DNA from: Gemmata obscuriglobus
GTDB lineage: Bacteria > Planctomycetota > Planctomycetia > Gemmatales > Gemmataceae
DNA: 32,000 nt
Reading direction: 5' to 3'
NCBI RefSeq assembly: GCF_008065095.1
Contig: NZ_CP042911.1
Coordinates: 7,950,001 to 7,982,000, forward strand
Below, piece by piece: positions 10,424-17,804 of this stretch. The notes under the pieces are model-generated. The model was given only the letters and a program-made list of their open reading frames with translations. It did no database searches and was not told the origin of the DNA. A program made the translations under genes and the position numbers. The first letter of the stretch is position 1. The number at the start of each line of letters is the position of its first letter.

Positions 10424-10927
10424 ATGATCGTGGTTGAGACCGCCACTTACGCCCCGGGGCCGGATGTGCGAGCCAAGTTCAGGCGCGAGATCGAGCAACT
10501 GCTTGCCAAGATTCCCGCCGAGCAGTGGGCCGATCATGACCTGCGCGGGGTGCTCTACGAGTTCGTACCCTGGCACCGCATGTCGTCCGTCACCATCCAG
10601 ACCCGCGATGACAGATCCGACGACATCGCGGCGTGGAAATATTACTTCTCAGCCGAGTCCGACGGGTCGCTGATTCGAGATGAGTACGAGGCGTGGCACA
10701 ACGAACCAGACAGCAAGCGGCTCGTGTACCACAAATTGCTGATCGAGGCGGCGGAAGCGTTCCTCTCGATCGATTTCGGGAAATACAGCAATCCGTACTG
10801 GTCCGCGATTAACCGAAACTTCTGCCTGAACAAAACGTTCTTGCTCCAGGTCTACGACGTGGACGGTACGTTCACCTTCAACTACTGCGATTACGTCATC
10901 GCCCGGCGGCTCGAAACGCGGGGTTGA
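10424..10927 (+). CDS. Hypothetical protein (167 aa), lower GC than its neighbours
   Basis: It is the only convincing ORF in 9232-11100. It has a balanced, non-Arg/Pro-rich composition (…WKYYFSAESDGSLIRDEYEAWHNEPDSKRLVYHKLLIEAAEAF…). GAGGA lies just upstream of ATG 10424. I see a vague resemblance to small immunity-type (DUF4303-like) proteins, which is unverified. Confidence 0.6.
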   Translation: MIVVETATYAPGPDVRAKFRREIEQLLAKIPAEQWADHDLRGVLYEFVPWHRMSSVTIQTRDDRSDDIAAWKYYFSAESDGSLIRDEYEAWHNEPDSKRLVYHKLLIEAAEAFLSIDFGKYSNPYWSAINRNFCLNKTFLLQVYDVDGTFTFNYCDYVIARRLETRG

Positions 10928-10955
10928 CGCTCGCCTCGATTGGTGTGTCGCAAAC

Positions 10956-10987
10956 GCGTGACGCCGCCCGCCTTTTCCGGCGCACGC
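10956..10987. terminator. Stem-loop between convergent genes (GCGTGaCGCCG - CCCGCCTTTTC - CGGCGCACGC)
   Basis: A 10 bp GC-rich stem with one bulge and a T-rich loop lies 29 nt after the stop of 10424-10927. A convergent gene ends at 11107. Confidence 0.35.
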
Positions 10988-11106
10988 TAAGTCTGCTCCG
11001 AAGCCCCGGCGAGTAAACACTCGGTTGCCCCACGCCGAAAGGCTGGCGCCCCGGTGTGAGCAGAATCGGAGACGTTGGGCAGTGCGTGGCACGGACACAA
11101 GGGCGG

Positions 11107-11934
11107 TCACTCCGCGAGGTAGTGGGAGACGTGGACGGTCACGGCCAGTTCGGTCGCACGCGGGTCGTCCGACGCGACCTCGTCTTCCTCAAGCACGTAA
11201 CCGACCGCGGCCAGTAGGGCACTGCACCGCTGATCCGTCATCATGCGGTCCGGCCGGACGGAGGCGGCGTGCCCGTAGTTCAGCGAAGACACCACGCCGA
11301 GTTGCCGCCCGGCCGCCCGGGCCAGGCGCTCGGCGCGGCCCCGGGCGGCCCGGTACGCCTCGGCTGAAGCCCGGGTCAGTTGCTCATCGGTCGGCCGGGC
11401 GATGTACACGAATTTGGGCGAGCGGTCGTCCTCCGGTTGGGTCGCTTTTGCGATCATATGCTGGATCTGTGCCGCCGGGTCGGCCCACGGTAAGGGCTCC
11501 CGCTCCGACGTCGGCTCCGACGGGTTGACGTTCGCCGCGACATCGAACCGGAGTTGATCGACCAAACTCAACACCGCGTCGGCCGACAGCCCGGTAATGT
11601 CCCAGGTGGCCGCCACCGCCACGTTCACGCCCCGCCGGTCCTCCGGGGTCGCTCCCCGCGCGCCGCGCCCGGCGGCCGCACGCATCCGGGCGATCGGGTC
11701 GGGGTCGGCCTGATCGTCGGGGTGCGAATCGCCGGCCCAGGCGCGGGTGGCCCCCAGGCGCATCAGCCGGCGCACGGTGTCGTCTGCCAACTGGTGCATC
11801 TCAGCCAGTGAGGCGTCCAGGGTGGCCCCGGCGGCCCGAACGCGAGCGATCATGAGCAGAACCGACGGCCTTTGCCGGACGACCGCGGTGGCATTGGCGC
11901 TGACCATCGATCGAACAGAGGTAGATTCGGCCAT
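11107..11934 (-). CDS. SIMPL/DUF541-like protein
   Basis: TDEQLTRASAEAYRAARGRAERLARAAGRQLGVVSSLNYG matches the SIMPL signature as I remember it (A..A...A...A..LA.aaG..LG.v.s). ATG 11934 (MAESTSV...) was chosen over the ORF-track start at 12003. Confidence 0.55.
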   Translation of the reverse strand: MAESTSVRSMVSANATAVVRQRPSVLLMIARVRAAGATLDASLAEMHQLADDTVRRLMRLGATRAWAGDSHPDDQADPDPIARMRAAAGRGARGATPEDRRGVNVAVAATWDITGLSADAVLSLVDQLRFDVAANVNPSEPTSEREPLPWADPAAQIQHMIAKATQPEDDRSPKFVYIARPTDEQLTRASAEAYRAARGRAERLARAAGRQLGVVSSLNYGHAASVRPDRMMTDQRCSALLAAVGYVLEEDEVASDDPRATELAVTVHVSHYLAE

Positions 11935-12085
11935 CCGTCCCGCTCCTCCGGCGTGAGTGACGTTCGCGAAGCAACGAGCCGCGGGGTTTGTCTGATTTGG
12001 CACGAGCCCGGCGCACCGGACGACGGTGCCCCGTGCGGACCGGATTCGTGTCGAAAACCAGTCGCCACCGAGGCCGATTGCTCGG

Positions 12086-12204
12086 ATCCAGCAGTTTCAA
12101 ACTCCGGGTTCCAAGTCGGGAATCAGTCCAGTAAAAGCTCCGGCCATTCGTATGCCTTTTGAGTTTTACGTGAAACTTGGAACCTGGAACTTGAAACCAC
12201 TGAG
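12086..12204 (+). repeat. AT-rich palindromic intergenic element, copy 1
   Basis: It shares these blocks with 20038-20147: ATCCAG-AGTTTCAA, GGTTCCAAG, TTCGT-TGCCTTTTG, TTTACGTG-AACTTGGAAC, TTGAAAC-ACTGA. The outer arms AGTTTCAAACTCCGGGTTCCAAG and CTTGGAACCTGGAACTTGAAAC are inverted repeats. Confidence 0.8.
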
Positions 12205-12373
12205 ATTGTACTGTGCGTGAGACTAACAAATCGGCGCGCGGCCCGCAACCACCCCGCGCATGCGCCGTTGCATGCCGCACCTGCTCCGGGCGGTCGTGAG
12301 CGGCGGAATTTTTTGTCGAACTCCGCCCACCCGGCCGGAACAACTCGCGGAACCGCCCCCACGGAGCCGCGAC

Positions 12374-12646
12374 ATGGAACCGGTTCTGATCGAGTCGTAC
12401 CGGGTGATGCTGAAGTCCCATCCCGTCGATTGTTCGGTCGATCGCATCCTGTGCGATCCCGAACTCCGCGCCGAGTTCCTGGAGTTGGTTCGCGCCCGGG
12501 CCGGCGAGCGCTGCGAGTTCGATGTCCTCCACGGGCTGAACAACCTCCGCAAACGGAGCCGGCTCCCGCGGCGCGACGACGACGAGCCACGCGCCCGCTG
12601 TGCGCAGCGGCCCGCACCGAACCCGGCGTCGGCAACCGGACCGTGA
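12374..12646 (+). CDS. Hypothetical small protein (90 aa)
   Basis: ATG 12374 (MEPVLIESYRVMLKSHPVDCSVDRILCDPELRAEFLELVRARAGERCEFDVLHGLNNLRKRS...). Third codon positions are strongly G/C-biased. It is convergent with the kinase gene. No domain was recognised. Confidence 0.5.
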   Translation: MEPVLIESYRVMLKSHPVDCSVDRILCDPELRAEFLELVRARAGERCEFDVLHGLNNLRKRSRLPRRDDDEPRARCAQRPAPNPASATGP

Positions 12647-14731
12647 TTAAAGCGTGTGGGGCGAGGCGGGAATCGACTGGAGCAGGGCGGTCACCTCGTT
12701 GAGGTCGACCGGCTTCACGAGGTGGTGGTTGAAGCCCGCCTCTTGCGACCGGCGCCGGTCGTCGTCCTGGCCGTAGCCGGTCATCGCGATGAGCGTCACG
12801 TCCCGGAGGCCCGGGATCTGGCGCAACCGGGTCGCGACCTCGTAACCGCTCATGCGGGGCAGCCCGATGTCGAGCAGCACGACACCGGGAGGGTGCGCCG
12901 CGGCGTCGCGGAGCGCGGCCGGGCCGTCGTGCGCGGTCCGCACCGTGTGGCCGCTCAGCGACAAAAGCTCGGCCAGGCTTTCGGCCGAATCGACGTTGTC
13001 GTCCACGATCAAGAGCCGGTGGGTCGCGGGGGCCGCGTGCGTCGGCTCGCCGTTCGGGCGTGTACCCGCGGTGCCCGTCCCGAGGGCCGGCAGGCGGACC
13101 ACGAACTCGCTCCCGCGCCCGGGGCCGGCGCTGTGCGCCTCGACGCTCCCGCCGTGCAGCTCGACGAGGTTGCGCACGAGGGTGAGGCCGATGCCGAGGC
13201 CGCCCTGCGCGCGGTCCAGCGTGCGCGGCTCCTGGGTGAACAGGTCGAACGCCCGCAGCAGCATCTCGGGGCTCAGCCCGATCCCGTTGTCGCGGACGCG
13301 GACCACCGCCCCGCCGCCCTCGCGCGCGGCGCTCAGCTCGATGCGCCCGCCGGGGTCGGTGTACTTCGCGGCGTTGTTCAGCAGGTTGCCGAAGATCTGG
13401 GTCAGCCGCGTCGGGTCGGCGTCGAGCGGGATCGGGTCCGGCGGGACGGAAACGATCAGCTCGTGCCGCCGGGACTCGATCAGCGGGCGGGCCGTTTCGA
13501 CCGCCCGGGCGATCGCGTCCGCGAGCGCCACCCGCTCCCGGTGCAGGGTCACCTTCCCGCTCGTCAGCCGCGACACGTCGAGCAGGTCGTCCACCAAGTG
13601 GGCCATCTGCCCCACCTGGCGGCCCAGGATGCCGGTCAGCCGGGCCACGTCGGGGTCGTCGGACTTGGTGGACTGGAGGACGTAGACGGCGTTGCGCACC
13701 GGGGCGAGCGGGTTGCGCAGCTCGTGGGCCAGCATCGCCAGGAACTCGTCCTTGCGCCGGTCCGCGTCCGCGAGTTCTTTGGCGCGCAGCCGCAGCTCGG
13801 TTTCCAGGCGCTTCCGCTCCACCGCGCTGCCGATGACGTCGGCCAGCGCTTGCGCGTACTGGATCTCGTCGGGGGTGAACCGGCGCGGGGCGTGGGTGTA
13901 CGCGCCGAGCAGCCCGAACGGGCGCGGGCCGCGGCCGGGGATGCGCACGACCAGCCCGCTCGCGGCGCCCGCCGCTTTCAGGTCCGGGTCCAGCGGGGCA
14001 CCGCCCCCGGGGTCGCCGAGCGCGACGGCCCCTTCGGAGCGCAGCGCGGTGTCGATCCGGGGACTTGTGCCGGGGCGCAGCAGGGCGGACGGTTCGGCCC
14101 AGCCGGAACCCGCGAGCCGCCCCCACTCGCCCCCGCCGGGCAGGAGTTCGAGCACCTCGGCCAGCTCGGCGCCCACCGTTTCGGCGAGCCGGCGGACCGC
14201 GTCGCCGCACAGTTCCACGATGTCGTGGCCCGCCAGCGCGGCCCGCGCGGACTGTGCGAGGGACGCCTGCTGCCGCCCGCGGGCGCGCAGCTCGGCGTCG
14301 CGGACCACCCGCTCGGTGACGTCCGCGACGAGCGTCAGCGTGCCACCGGCGTTCACCCCGGTGACGAGCGGGAGCACCCGCACCGACTGCTGCATTAGCG
14401 ATTGCGGCGCCCCGGGCACGGGCGTAGGGATGGGAAGCACGTACTTGTGGAACTGTTGCGAGAGGATCGCCGTTTGCCCGGCCAGCGCCTGCCGGTAGTA
14501 CCGTTCGAGCCCGCGGGCCGCGAGATCCGGGAACAGGTCCAGCAGCCCGCGCCCCAGCACCGCCGCGGCGGGCCACCCGCTGGCCCGCTCCAGCCACCGG
14601 TTCCAACCGGTCACGACAAGCCCGGCGTCCGTCGCGAGGAGGCCCCAGTCCCCGACGGCGTCCAGTTCGCGAACGAGATCGGCCGATACAACCATCTGTT
14701 CACTCGTTCGCGTGCGCCCCGGTGTCCTCAC
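12647..14731 (-). CDS. Hybrid sensor histidine kinase (PAS - GAF - HisKA - HATPase_c - REC)
   Basis: PAS-like N-terminus: LLATDAGLVVTGWNRWLERASGW. GAF-like middle: GLLGAYTHAPRRFTPDEIQYAQALAD. H-box: DEFLAMLAHELRNPL. N-box: NLLNNAAKY. G-boxes: RDNGIGL and GGLGIGLTLV. C-terminal receiver: LLIVDDNVD...VVLLDIGLPRMSGYEV...IAMTGYGQ...HHLVKPV. The GTG start overlaps the cheC stop as GTGA at 14728-14731. ATG 14695 is an alternative start. Confidence 0.93.
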   Translation of the reverse strand: MRTPGRTRTSEQMVVSADLVRELDAVGDWGLLATDAGLVVTGWNRWLERASGWPAAAVLGRGLLDLFPDLAARGLERYYRQALAGQTAILSQQFHKYVLPIPTPVPGAPQSLMQQSVRVLPLVTGVNAGGTLTLVADVTERVVRDAELRARGRQQASLAQSARAALAGHDIVELCGDAVRRLAETVGAELAEVLELLPGGGEWGRLAGSGWAEPSALLRPGTSPRIDTALRSEGAVALGDPGGGAPLDPDLKAAGAASGLVVRIPGRGPRPFGLLGAYTHAPRRFTPDEIQYAQALADVIGSAVERKRLETELRLRAKELADADRRKDEFLAMLAHELRNPLAPVRNAVYVLQSTKSDDPDVARLTGILGRQVGQMAHLVDDLLDVSRLTSGKVTLHRERVALADAIARAVETARPLIESRRHELIVSVPPDPIPLDADPTRLTQIFGNLLNNAAKYTDPGGRIELSAAREGGGAVVRVRDNGIGLSPEMLLRAFDLFTQEPRTLDRAQGGLGIGLTLVRNLVELHGGSVEAHSAGPGRGSEFVVRLPALGTGTAGTRPNGEPTHAAPATHRLLIVDDNVDSAESLAELLSLSGHTVRTAHDGPAALRDAAAHPPGVVLLDIGLPRMSGYEVATRLRQIPGLRDVTLIAMTGYGQDDDRRRSQEAGFNHHLVKPVDLNEVTALLQSIPASPHTL

Positions 14732-15348
14732 GCGCTGGCGGCCCGTTCGGCCCAGTCCTCGATCGCCCGAACGAACAGATCAAGTGAGTTGATGCCGAGC
14801 ACCAGCACCATGCACCCGGTCACCTCGCTGGCGCGGACCTTGAACCGCGCGCCGACGAGCAGCGCGTGACGGATCTCGTCCGCGCCGATGACCAGCGTGT
14901 CCAGCATTGAGCCGAGTGAATCTAAGTGTAGCCGCGGCACCGCGAATGTAAATCGGACCTGGAGCAAATCGCCGAACACCCCGAGGCACGCGTTCAGCAG
15001 GATGTTGCCGATCTCGGCCAGCACCTCGCGCGCGGAGTCGCCCATCTGCCCGGTCGGCGCCCCGGCCTCCGCCAGCAGCCCGACCAGCTTGGAGGCCCCG
15101 TCGATGTCCAGCAGCAGGAACGCGTCCCCCGACACCGGCCCGCCGAAGATCTGGTGGACCGTCGCGACCTCCCCCTGGACGAACCGGTGGAGGGCCGGGA
15201 GCAGCTCGGCGATCGGGTGCGCGGACACCTCCGGCACCGCCAGCTCGACGCGGTTGCCGGTGATCTCCGACAGCGCCGCCGCGGTCCGCGAGAACGCGAT
15301 GTTCACCGCCTCGGTGACCGCGTCCGTTTGCCCCTCGGTGAGCCTCAC
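14728..15348 (-). CDS. cheC: CheC-type chemotaxis phosphatase (two active-site motifs)
   Basis: Two copies of the CheC/CheX/FliY consensus D/S-x3-E-x2-N-x22-P were counted by hand. They are DAVTEAVN + 22 + P and DSAREVLAEIGN + 22 + P. The GTG start overlaps the cheY stop as GTGA at 15345-15348. Confidence 0.85.
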   Translation of the reverse strand: MRLTEGQTDAVTEAVNIAFSRTAAALSEITGNRVELAVPEVSAHPIAELLPALHRFVQGEVATVHQIFGGPVSGDAFLLLDIDGASKLVGLLAEAGAPTGQMGDSAREVLAEIGNILLNACLGVFGDLLQVRFTFAVPRLHLDSLGSMLDTLVIGADEIRHALLVGARFKVRASEVTGCMVLVLGINSLDLFVRAIEDWAERAASA

Positions 15349-15719
15349 TGGGCGGCCCCCTGGCGCCCGAGCGCGGCGGCGACGGCCCGGAGGACGGCGT
15401 CGGCGGCGAGCGGCTTGGGCACGAACCCGGACGCCCCGCCCGCGTCGGCCAGTTCGCGGGTGGAGGTCTGCACGTCGGCGGTGGCCATCACCACCACGGC
15501 CCCCGGGTCCATCACCCGGAGCTGCCGGAGCACCTCCAGCCCGTTCATCTCGGTCATCGTCACATCGAGCAGCACGAGGTCCGGCTTGTCGAGCGCGTAC
15601 CGCTCCAGCGCGGCCAGCCCGTCCGGCACGTCCGCGACGCTGTGCCCCGCGCCCTCCAGGATGCGGCGCGAGACCCGCCGCGACAGGGCCGAGTCGTCCA
15701 CCACCAGGATTTTCGCCAT
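15345..15719 (-). CDS. cheY: CheY-like single-domain response regulator
   Basis: MAKILVVDDSALSRR...DLVLLDVTMTEMNGLEVL...VVMATAD...FVPKPL. ATG 15719 shares one nt with the cheB stop (TGATG). The ORF-track N-terminal extension is Arg/Gly-rich and overlaps cheB. Confidence 0.9.
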   Translation of the reverse strand: MAKILVVDDSALSRRVSRRILEGAGHSVADVPDGLAALERYALDKPDLVLLDVTMTEMNGLEVLRQLRVMDPGAVVVMATADVQTSTRELADAGGASGFVPKPLAADAVLRAVAAALGRQGAAQ

Positions 15720-16756
15720 CACAGGGCCTCCAGAATCGCCTCGGCCATCTGATCCAGCGGGACCGCCCGGTCGCTCAGCCCGCCCTCCGCCACCGACCGC
15801 GGCATCCCGTAGACCACGCACGACGACTCGGCCTCGGTGAACACCCGGCCGCCCTGCGCCTTGATCCACGCCGCCCCCTGTGTGCCGTCCGACCCCATGC
15901 CGGTGAGCACCACCCCGAGCGTGCGTTCGCCGTACACCTCGGCCGCCGAGCGGAACAGCACGTCCACCGCCGGCCGGTGCGGCGTGTCGAGCGGGTGCAG
16001 GCTCAGCCGGGCGGCCACCGTTCCGTCCCGCTGGCGGGCACACGTCAGGTGGTGTCCGGCGGGCGCGACCAGCGCCGCGCCCGGACGAAACGTATCGCCC
16101 TCGCGCGCCTCGGACACGGCCACGCGCGCGACCGCTGCAAGGCTCCTGGCGAAAAGCTCAGTGTAGCCGACCGGCATGTGCAGGACTATCGCAATCGGCA
16201 CCGGGAAGTCCGCCGGGAACCGGGGGACGAGGTGCTTGAGGGCCTGCGGCCCGCCCGTCGAAACCCCGACCACCAGCACGTCGGCCCGTTTGGCCTTCGG
16301 CGCGGCGGCCGGGGGCGGCGCACCGGGGAGCGGCCCCCGGGCCACGGGGGCCACGCGCGCGGCGGCGACGGCCTTCACCGTCGCGATCAGCCGGTCGGCC
16401 ACCTCGAACACCTTCTCGGTGGCCAGCGCGGTCGGCTTCTGGACCACCTCGACGGCGCCGGCCTCGAGGGCACGCACCGCCAGCTCGTCGCTCTCGCCCG
16501 CGGTGCTCAGGACGACGACCGGGAGCGGCCGCTTGGCCATCTGCCGCTTGAGGAAGTCGAGCCCGTCGGACCGGGGCATGTGGAGGTCGAGCGTGACCAC
16601 GTCCGGCCGGAGCGCCTCCACCTGTTCGAGCGCCTCGTCGCCGTCCCGCGCCACCCCGACCACTTCGAGGAACGGGCTCCGGGCCAGCATCTGGCGGACG
16701 GATTTGCGGACGTACGCGGAGTCGTCCACGATCAAGACACGCACGATGTCGTTCAC
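15719..16756 (-). CDS. cheB: Protein-glutamate methylesterase CheB (REC + methylesterase)
   Basis: The receiver reads RVLIVDDSAYVRK...VVTLDLHMPRSDG. The catalytic domain has VVGVSTGGPQAL, IVLHMP and GVVLTGMGSDG (the Ser/His/Asp triad contexts). Confidence 0.95.
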   Translation of the reverse strand: MNDIVRVLIVDDSAYVRKSVRQMLARSPFLEVVGVARDGDEALEQVEALRPDVVTLDLHMPRSDGLDFLKRQMAKRPLPVVVLSTAGESDELAVRALEAGAVEVVQKPTALATEKVFEVADRLIATVKAVAAARVAPVARGPLPGAPPPAAAPKAKRADVLVVGVSTGGPQALKHLVPRFPADFPVPIAIVLHMPVGYTELFARSLAAVARVAVSEAREGDTFRPGAALVAPAGHHLTCARQRDGTVAARLSLHPLDTPHRPAVDVLFRSAAEVYGERTLGVVLTGMGSDGTQGAAWIKAQGGRVFTEAESSCVVYGMPRSVAEGGLSDRAVPLDQMAEAILEAL

Positions 16757-16771
16757 GGCTCTCCCGGGCGA

Positions 16772-17608
16772 TCAGCGTTTGACGTACACGAACGCCTTGG
16801 CGATCTCTTCCAACTGGAACGCGCTCGCCACCCGCAGCAGGGACTCCGCCGCGCCGGTGAACAGGTACGCCGGCGCCGGCGTCCGCTCGGCGAACCCGCG
16901 GACGACCCGCGCAACGGTCGCGGCGGAAAAGTAGATGAACACGTTCCGGCAAAAGATGAACGGGGCGGCCGCGAGGGCGCGCGTGTCGTCCGCGTTCAGC
17001 AGGTTCGCCGGCCGGAACTGGACCCGCGCGTGCAGCTCGGGGGCCACCTTCGTGCCGCCTTCGGCGGGAGCAAAGTACTTCTCGCGCAGGTGCGGCGGGA
17101 GGACCCGGAACGAGCGCTCGCGGTACACGCCGCGCCGGGCCTTCTCGAGCGCCGCGGGGCTGACGTCGCTGGCCCACACCTCGACATCGGCCCGGTCGAA
17201 CCAGCCGGCCTCGTTGAGCGCGATCGCGATGCTGAGCGGCTCCTCGCCCGTGGCGCACGCGGCCGACCACACCCGGACCGGGCCGCGCCCCGCCGCCACG
17301 TGCTGGGGCACGAGCACGTCGACGAGCGCCCGCACCTGCTCGTGCTCGCGCCAGAAGTACGTCTCCTGAACGGACAGCGCGTCGGTCAGGTGCGGCCACT
17401 CCTCGTCCGACCCCGGGCCATACTTGAGTAGGTAGTAGTAGTCCAGGAACGAGTCCAGTTTCAGGTCCCGGACGCGGTCGGTGAGTTTGCTGCCCAGGAG
17501 GTCGCGCTTCTCATCCTCGAACGACACGCCGATGCGGTCGCGGATCAGGTCGCGCAAGATGACGAAGGTCCCGAGCGGCAGTTCGGGCTGCTCCCCGGCC
17601 GGCGTCAT
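16772..17608 (-). CDS. cheR: Chemotaxis protein methyltransferase CheR
   Basis: ETYFWREHEQ, RVWSAACATGEEPLSIAIAL (SAM-binding) and IFCRNVFIYF are present. ATG 17608 was chosen. The ORF-track GTG at 17800 would add 64 codons containing the G5C10 tract. Confidence 0.88.
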   Translation of the reverse strand: MTPAGEQPELPLGTFVILRDLIRDRIGVSFEDEKRDLLGSKLTDRVRDLKLDSFLDYYYLLKYGPGSDEEWPHLTDALSVQETYFWREHEQVRALVDVLVPQHVAAGRGPVRVWSAACATGEEPLSIAIALNEAGWFDRADVEVWASDVSPAALEKARRGVYRERSFRVLPPHLREKYFAPAEGGTKVAPELHARVQFRPANLLNADDTRALAAAPFIFCRNVFIYFSAATVARVVRGFAERTPAPAYLFTGAAESLLRVASAFQLEEIAKAFVYVKR

Positions 17609-17666
17609 ATCCGGCACCCGGCCGGGCGCTCGGGTGCCCCTACCGGCCGGCGGCACGCGCGCGCCC

Positions 17667-17681
17667 GGGGGCCCCCCCCCC
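17667..17681. repeat. Homopolymer tract G5C10 (C5G10 on the coding strand) inside GCGCGC-rich flanks
   Basis: Read directly: gcgcccGGGGGCCCCCCCCCCgcgcgcgc. It lies in the mcp-cheR spacer, or in the possible cheR 5' extension. Confidence 0.9.
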
Positions 17682-17804
17682 GCGCGCGCTTCGACGTTTT
17701 CGGCCCCATCGAACAGGTTCCCGTAATTCAGACCAAAGCCGGTTGAAGAGCAACGGCTCGGCAGGGAGGCGGTTGCACCCGCCTGCCAGCACCGCCCCAC
17801 GCCG

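Noticed and set aside
12170-12215. ECF-type (TGAAAC-N16-CGT) or sigma-54-type promoter inside the AT-rich element
   Set aside because: TGAAAC-N16-CGT fits copy 2 only, where it would point antisense into cheW. In copy 1 the spacing to CGT is 18 nt. The GG/GC spacing required for sigma-54 is absent.
16772-17800. Long form of CheR starting at GTG 17800
   Set aside because: The 64 extra codons have weaker third-position G/C bias than the cheR body and no CheR N-terminal similarity. They include the homopolymer tract. It is kept as an alternative only.
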